Source of the DNA: Macrostomum hystrix
Taxonomy: Eukaryota > Animalia > Platyhelminthes
Length of the DNA: 64,000 bases
Direction of reading: 5' to 3'
Assembly (NCBI GenBank): GCA_950097015.1
Contig: CATNEN010000038.1
Coordinates: forward strand, 8,804,001 to 8,868,000
The notes beneath the pieces were generated by a model. It worked only from the letters and a program-made list of their open reading frames with translations. It ran no database searches and was not told the DNA's origin. Both the position numbers and the translations under genes were made by a program. Shown piece by piece: positions 48,400 through 64,000 of this stretch (within the stretch, counting starts at the first letter, position 1; every line of letters starts with the position of its first letter).

Positions 48400-51300
48400 C
48401 TAGCAGAATCGAAGCAGACGCCTGAGCTAGAATCGAAGCAGACACCTTATCCAGAATCGAAGCAGACACCTGAGCTAGAATCGAAGCAGACACCTGAGCT
48501 AGAATCGAAGCAGACACCTGAGCTAGAATCGAATCAGACACCTTATCTAGAGTCGAAGCAGACACCTAGGCTAGAATCAAAGCAGACACGTGAGCTAGAA
48601 TCAAAGCAGACACCTGAGTTAGAATCGAAGCAGACACCTGGGCTAGAATCGAAGCAGACACCTGAGTTAGAATCGAAGCAGACGCCTGAGCTAGAATCGT
48701 AGCAGACACCTGAGCTAGAATCGATGCAGACACCTGAGTTAGAATCGATGCAGACACCTGAGTTAGAATCGAAGCAGACGCCTGAGCTAGAATCGAAGCA
48801 GACACCTGGGCTAGAATCGAAGCAGTCACCTGGGCTAGAATCGAAGCAGACACCTGGGCTAGAATCGCCTGAGCTAGAATCGAAGCAGACACCTGTGCTA
48901 GAATCGAAGCAGACACCTGAGTTAGAATCGAAGCAGACACCTGGGCTAGATTCGAAGCAGACACCTGGGCTAGATACGAAGCAGACACCTGGGCTAGATA
49001 CGAAGCAGACACCTGGGCTAGAATCGAAGCAGACACCTGGGCTAGATACGAAGCAGACACCTGGGCTAGATACGAAGCAGACACCTGGGCTAGATACGAA
49101 GCAGACACCTGAGTTAGAATCGAAGCAGACACCTGGGCTAGAATCGAAGCAGACAGCTGGGCTAGATACGAAGCAGACACCTGGGCTAGATACGAAGCAG
49201 ACACCTGGGCTAGAATCGAAGCAAACACCTGGGCTAGAATCGAAGCAGACATCTGGGCTAGAATCGAAGCAGACACCTGAGCTAGAATCGATGCAGACAC
49301 CTGAGTTAGAATCGAAGCAGACACCTGAGCTAGAATCCTAGCAGACACCTGGGCTAGATACGAAGCAGACACCTGGGCTAGATACGAAGCAGACACCTGG
49401 GCTAGAATCGAAGCAGACACCTGGGCTAGAATCGAAGCAGACATCTGGGCTAGATACGAAGCAGACACCTGGGCTAGATACGAAGCAGACACCTGGGCTA
49501 GATACGAAGCAGACACCTGGGCTAGATACGAAGCAGACACCTGGGCTAGAATCGAAGCAGACACCTGGGCTAGATACGAAGCAGACACCTGGGCTAGATA
49601 CGAAGCAGACACCTGGGCTAGAATCGAAGCAGACACCTGGGCTAGATACGAAGCAGACACCTGGGCTAGATACGAAGCAGACACCTGGGCTAGATACGAA
49701 GCAGACACCTGAGTTAGAATCGAAGCAGACACCTGGGCTAGAATCGAAGCAGACACCTGGGCTAGATTCGAAGCAGACACCTGGGCTAGATACGAAGCAG
49801 ACACCTGGGCTAGATACGAAGCAGACACCTGGGCTAGAATCGAAGCAGACACCTGGGCTAGATACGAAGCAGACACCTGGGCTAGATACGAAGCAGACAC
49901 CTGGGCTAGATACGAAGCAGACACCTGAGTTAGAATCGAAGCAGACACCTGGGCTAGAATCGAAGCAGACAGCTGGGCTAGATACGAAGCAGACACCTGG
50001 GCTAGATACGAAGCAGACACCTGGGCTAGAATCGAAGCAGACACCTGGGCTAGATACGAAGCAGACACCTGGGCTAGATACGAAGCAGACACCTGGGCTA
50101 GATACGAAGCAGACACCTGGGCTAGATACGAAGCAGACACCTGGGCTAGATACGAAGCAGACACCTGGGCTAGAATCGAAGCAGACACCTGGGCTAGATA
50201 CGAAGCAGACACCTGGGCTAGATACGAAGCAGACACCTGGGCTAGATACGAAGCAGACACCTGGGCTAGATACGAAGCAGACACCTGGGCTAGATACGAA
50301 GCAGACACCTGGGCTAGAATCGAAGCAGACACCTAGGCTAGATACGAAGCAGACACCTGGGCTAGATACGAAGCAGACACCTGGGCTAGATACGAAGCAG
50401 ACACCTGGGCTAGATACGAAGCAGACACCTGGGCTAGATACGAAGCAGACACCTGGGCTAGAATCGAAGCAGACACCTGGGCTAGATACGAAGCAGACAC
50501 CTGGGCTAGATACGAAGCAGACACCTGAGCTAGAATCGAAGCAGACACCTGAGCTAGAATCGAATCAGACACCTTATCTAGAGTCGAAGCAGACACCTGG
50601 GCTAGAATCAAAGCAGACACGTGAGCTAGAATCAAAGCAGACACCTGAGTTAGAATCGAAGCAGACACCTGGGCTAGAATCGAAGCAGACACCTGAGTTA
50701 GAATCGAAGCAGACGCCTGAGCTAGAATCGTAGCAGACACCTGAGCTAGAATCGATGCAGACACCTGAGTTAGAATCGATGCAGACACCTGAGTTAGAAT
50801 CGAAGCAGACGCCTGAGCTAGAATCGAAGCAGACACCTGGGCTAGAATCGAAGCAGTCACCTGGGCTAGAATCGAAGCAGACACCTGGGCTAGAATCGCC
50901 TGAGCTAGAATCGAAGCAGACACCTGTGCTAGAATCGAAGCAGACACCTGAGTTAGAATCGAAGCAGACACCTGGGCTAGATTCGAAGCAGACACCTGGG
51001 CTAGAATCGAAGCAGACACCTGAGTTAGAATCGAAGCAGACACCTGGGCTAGAATCGAAGCAGACACCTGGGCTAGATACGAAGCAGACACCTGGGCTAG
51101 ATACGAAGCAGACACCTGGGCTAGAATCGAAGCAGACACCTGGGCTAGATACGAAGCAGACACCTGGGCTAGATACGAAGCAGACACCTGGGCTAGATAC
51201 GAAGCAGACACCTGAGTTAGAATCGAAGCAGACACCTGGGCTAGAATCGAAGCAGACACCTGGGCTAGATACGAAGCAGACACCTGGGCTAGATACGAAG

Positions 51301-54156
51301 CAGACACCTGAGTTAGAATCGAAGCAGACACCTGAGCTAGAATCCTAGCAGACACCTGGGCTAGATACGAAGCAGACACCTGGGCTAGATACGAAGCAGA
51401 CACCTGGGCTAGATACGAAGCAGACACCTGGGCTAGATACGAAGCAGACACCTGGGCTAGATACGAAGCAGACACCTGGGCTAGATACGAAGCAGACACC
51501 TGGGCTAGATACGAAGCAGACACCTGGGCTAGATACGAAGCAGACACCTGGGCTAGAATCGAAGCAGACACCTGGGCTAGATACGAAGCAGACACCTGGG
51601 CTAGATACGAAGCAGACACCTGGGCTAGATACGAAGCAGACACCTGGGCTAGATACGAAGCAGACACCTAGGCCTAGATACGAAGCAGACACCTGGGCTA
51701 GATACGAAGCAGACACCTGGGCTAGAATCGAAGCAGACACCTGGGCTAGATACGAAGCAGACACCTGGGCTAGATACGAAGCAGACACCTGGGCTAGATA
51801 CGAAGCAGACACCTGGGCTAGATACGAAGCAGACACCTGGGCTAGATACGAAGCAGACACCTGGGCTAGATACGAAGCAGACACCTGGGCTAGATACGAA
51901 GCAGACACCTGGGCTAGATACGAAGCAGACACCTGGGCTAGATACGAAGCAGACACCTGGGCTAGATACGAAGCAGACACCTGGGCTAGATACGAAGCAG
52001 ACACCTGGGCTAGAATACGAAGCAGACACCTGGGCTAGATACGAAGCAGACACCTGGGCTAGATACGAAGCAGACACCTGAGGCTAGATACGAAGCAGAC
52101 ACCTGGGCTAGATACGAAGCAGACACCTGGGCTAGATACGAAGCAGACACCTGGGCTAGATACGAAGCAGACACCTGGGCTAGATACGAAGCAGACACCT
52201 GGGCTAGATACGAAGCAGACACCTGGGCTAGATACGAAGCAGACACCTGGGCTAGATACGAAGCAGACACCTGGGCTAGATACGAAGCAGACACCTGGGC
52301 TAGATACGAAGCAGACACCTGGGCTAGATACGAAGCAGACACCTGGGCTAGATACGAAGCAGACACCTGGGCTAGATACGAAGCAGACACCTGGGCTAGA
52401 TACGAAGCAGACACCTGGGCTAGATACGAAGCAGACACCTGGGCTAGATACGAAGCAGACACCTGGGCTAGAATCGAAGCAGACACCTGGGCTAGATACG
52501 AAGCAGACACCTGGGCTAGATACGAAGCAGACACCTGAGCTAGATACGAAGCAGACACCTGGGCTAGATACGAAGCAGACACCTGGGCTAGATACGAAGC
52601 AGACACCTGGGCTAGATACGAAGCAGACACCTGGGCTAGATACGAAGCAGACACCTGGGCTAGATACGAAGCAGACACCTGGGCTAGATACGAAGCAGAC
52701 ACCTGGGCTAGATACGAAGCAGACACCTGGGCTAGATACGAAGCAGACACCTGGGCTAGATACGAAGCAGACACCTGGGCTAGATACGAAGCAGACACCT
52801 GGGCTAGATACGAAGCAGACACCTGGGCTAGATACGAAGCAGACACCTGGGCTAGATACGAAGCAGACACCTGGGCTAGATACGAAGCAGACACCTGGGC
52901 TAGAATCGAAGCAGACACCTGGGCTAGATACGAAGCAGACACCTGGGCTAGATACGAAGCAGACACCTGAGCTAGATACGAAGCAGACACCTGGGCTAGA
53001 TACGAAGCAGACACCTGGGCTAGATACGAAGCAGACACCTGGGCTAGATACGAAGCAGACACCTGGGCTAGATACGAAGCAGACACCTGGGCTAGATACG
53101 AAGCAGACACCTGGGCTAGATACGAAGCAGACACCTGGGCTAGATACGAAGCAGACACCTGGGCTAGATACGAAGCAGACACCTGGGCTAGAATCGAAGC
53201 AGACACCTGGGCTAGATACGAAGCAGACACCTGGGCTAGAATCGAAGCAGACACCTGGGCTAGATACGAAGCAGACACCTGGGCTAGATACGAAGCAGAC
53301 ACCTGGGCTAGATACGAAGCAGACACCTGGGCTAGATACGAAGCAGACACCTGGGCTAGATACGAAGCAGACACCTGGGCTAGATACGAAGCAGACACCT
53401 GGGCTAGATACGAAGCAGACACCTGGGCTAGATACGAAGCAGACACCTGGGCTAGATACGAAGCAGACACCTGGGCTAGATACGAAGCAGACACCTGGGC
53501 TAGATACGAAGCAGACACCTGGGCTAGATACGAAGCAGACACCTGGGCTAGATACGAAGCAGACACCTGAGCTAGATACGAAGCAGACACCTGGGCTAGA
53601 TACGAAGCAGACACCTGGGCTAGATACGAAGCAGACACCTGGGCTAGATACGAAGCAGACACCTGGGCTAGATACGAAGCAGACACCTGGGCTAGATACG
53701 AAGCAGACACCTGGGCTAGATACGAAGCAGACACCTGGGCTAGATACGAAGCAGACACCTGGGCTAGATACGAAGCAGACACCTGGGCTAGAATCGAAGC
53801 AGACACCTGGGCTAGATACGAAGCAGACACCTGGGCTAGATACGAAGCAGACACCTGGGCTAGATACGAAGCAGACACCTGGGCTAGAATCGAAGCAGAC
53901 ACCTGGGCTAGATACGAAGCAGACACCTGGGCTAGATACGAAGCAGACACCTGGGCTAGATACGAAGCAGACACCTGGGCTAGATACGAAGCAGACACCT
54001 GGGCTAGATACGAAGCAGACACCTGGGCTAGATACGAAGCAGACACCTGGGCTAGATACGAAGCAGACACCTGGGCTAGATACGAAGCAGACACCTGGGC
54101 TAGAATCGAAGCAGACACCTGGGCTAGATACGAAGCAGACACCTGGGCTAGAATCG
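48400..54156. repeat. Large minisatellite, 24-bp unit (gggctagatacgaagcagacacct), about 5.8 kb
   Basis: About 240 tandem copies; variant blocks recur at 2031-bp spacing. Confidence 0.98.
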
Positions 54157-54644
54157 TGGAATCGTTTGACATGTCTTGAGTGCCGTTTCGGTATATTTTG
54201 CCTGCAATAATTTTTTTAAATAAGGCTTGTCTTCTCTGCTTTTTGGACTACAAATAATGTGTAAATATAGCTTTTCGTGTCTTAGATTTCTTTTTTTACT
54301 AACTTTGCTTCACCCTTTCCTAGATGATGTAACATAAATCAAGGCTTCATGTATCTAATCAGCAGACAAGCAAGTATTTACTCCATTTGTTAGCTCTGAT
54401 ACTAATCACGCGCATGCATTGAAAACAATAATTAGCTTGAGATAATTAGTTTTTTAAGGTTTCTTTAGACTGCCTATGTAGACCGGTATGCTAGACAAAA
54501 AATATACATATATCTATACTGCAGCAGCTACATTTTATCAATTTGCTGCTCTTGAGTCAAACGTTCTATTGTAATATAAGCATATATAATATATGTTCAG
54601 CCATACGTTGTTTGTTATTTTCTTATTGCTAACACCTTTTGTCT

Positions 54645-55200
54645 GATGCCCAATCAGTTCGCTTGACACCCAATCAGTTCACCTGACACCCAATCAGTTC
54701 ACATGACACCCAGTCAGTTCACCTGACACCCAATCAGTTCACCTGACACCCAATCAGTTCACATGACACCCAATCAGTTCACCTGACACCCAATCAGTTC
54801 ACCTGACACCCAGTCAGTTCACATGACACCCAATCAGTTCACCTGACACTCAATCAGTTCACATGACACCCAATCAGCTCACCTGACACCCAATCAGTTC
54901 ACATGACACCCAATCAGCTCACATGACACCCAATCAGTTCACCTGACACCCAATCAGTTCACATGACACCCAGTCAGTTCACATGACACCCAATCAGTTA
55001 AACTGACACCCAATCAGTTCAACTGACACCCAGTAAGCCCACCTGACACCCAATCAGTTCACCTGACACTCAATCAGTTCACATGACACCCAATCAGCTC
55101 ACCTGACACCCAATGAGTTCACCTGACACCCAATCAGCTCACCTGACACCCAATCAGTTCACCTGACACCCAGTCAGCTCACCTGACACCAGTCAGCTGA
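54645..55200. repeat. Minisatellite, 20-bp unit (cacctgacacccaatcagtt)
   Basis: Tandem periodicity. Confidence 0.96.
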
Positions 55201-55821
55201 CACAGACATTTAACTATAACCGTAAAAATCACTGCTTGCTTTGAATGAATAGTTTATTAATCTCTGCTTTTCGAAATGCAAATGACTTGCTTGGTCGCTA
55301 TAATTTAAGCAATATTTAATAAAAAAATAGTTTTGTTAACGCTTTGCTGCCACGCCCTTCTACTGACTGACCATCTGGCCAACCGCATGGCAACAACTCA
55401 GTCCAGCTGTGCTTTATCTGACTGGGAAGGTTGCTCAACTGTGAGCAGATCTACGTCTATACTCGTACTGTACCTTAAAAATCTAATCAGTTAACCAACA
55501 GTAAGACTGAGCATGCTGATCGTAATTAGTTTTTCACCGAGTGGACCGTCTGATAGCTGTGAACTCAGAAGTAAACAGATTTTTTTAGATAGGCCTGCAA
55601 TTGTCGCTGGTTCATGCTTGACTGCTGGTTGATAGTTATTTCCAGTATTGGGCCTGATTCGCTTTCGAGTTTGTTTTGTTGCCTTGCAGCGGGTAGATAA
55701 GATAAGCAGCAACACTTGGTGGATTTTAGCTGGCTTCTGAATGCATATATAAGTAATATTGTGATTCCCAGACAGGTCTTCTTGAAACATTTGAGTAGCG
55801 AAATACAGCTCAAAATCAATT

Positions 55822-63315
<7,494 letters not shown>

Positions 63316-64000
63316 CGGACCAATTAAATGTCGGCAAAATTATAACAAAGAAAATGATAATTGACAAGATAGGAAACTAAGAAGCAATAATTTTGTACTT
63401 TCACGTATTTTTATTATAAAAGTTCACGTTTTTAGAAGTTCTTCTGAAAGTTTGTGAGCTAAATGGTTGACCGGTTTCCAGAAAAAATATCCATTTACGC
63501 TCTTTATAGTATATCGAGGACGAGATTCTGCGTGATTGTTACGTACAGCTACTATGCAGTAGCCAATGTGTTAAAATTACGCGATGTTATAAAATTTGTT
63601 TCTTATCATACCCATGCTGTGTGACTAGTGTTTGCTTTATTAATTATTTAATTATCTACATGGCGTACATATACATCCCATCCTATCAAAAAGTCAAGAA
63701 ATTACTAACAAACGTCTAAAACTGCCATAAGATGCATAGAAACTGTGTTAGGGATGTAGATTTTATTGAAGATGATCGGGCTCGTTTTACTTGTAATGGA
63801 AAGATGCAAAACAGAACAGTACAGCACTTTATCGTGATTTCTACCGCTCACTCTAAATTGAAATTCACCTTACTATGCAGACGAAAGACACATAGCGCCT
63901 TACCTATGTATTTTATTCCTACCTCTGTAGACAAACCAAAGCAAGGCTTAGTCATTTTAATTCCTATCTTTGGAGCTTATTTTTTCAGCAAAACCAGCTA

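Noticed and set aside
48241-54172. Long ORFs (ESKQTPGL)n and (LAQVSASY)n up to 720 aa
   Set aside because: Stop-free frames of a 24-bp satellite on both strands, broken by random indels and stops; no unique coding flanks

Overview
Eukaryotic (animal) genomic DNA: GT-AG spliced genes separated by very dense 19-44 bp minisatellite arrays, tRNA-derived SINEs and decayed transposons. This style resembles the flatworm Macrostomum, but the organism is an inference. Left half (0.9-26.8 kb): seven co-oriented minus-strand genes or ORFs, in order GNPTG-like, neurochondrin (NCDN), a weak hypothetical, PLPBP/PROSC, an LDLa-domain membrane protein, RPA3 and a hypothetical. Most have an unpaired splice acceptor just upstream of the ATG, suggesting SL trans-splicing or an operon. 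Middle (27-43.5 kb): AT-rich DNA and transposon debris (5'-truncated RNase H LINE with a 14-bp TSD, mariner, Tc1, Gypsy, nested MITEs, a Merlin-like remnant), plus a pseudogene for a secreted PAN + ALK/LTK-type glycine-rich protein. Right half: ATG9 (4 exons), a 5.8-kb 24-bp satellite and a 17-exon GH31 alpha-glucosidase, both genes on the plus strand. The best leads are the putative minisatellite-spaced operon, splice-donor-like motifs repeated in the spacer arrays, an inverted minisatellite pair bracketing GNPTG exon 2, a MIR-CORE-like SINE, and four perfect CLEAR-type palindromes. Gene calls come from manual splicing and recalled motifs; no database searches were run.
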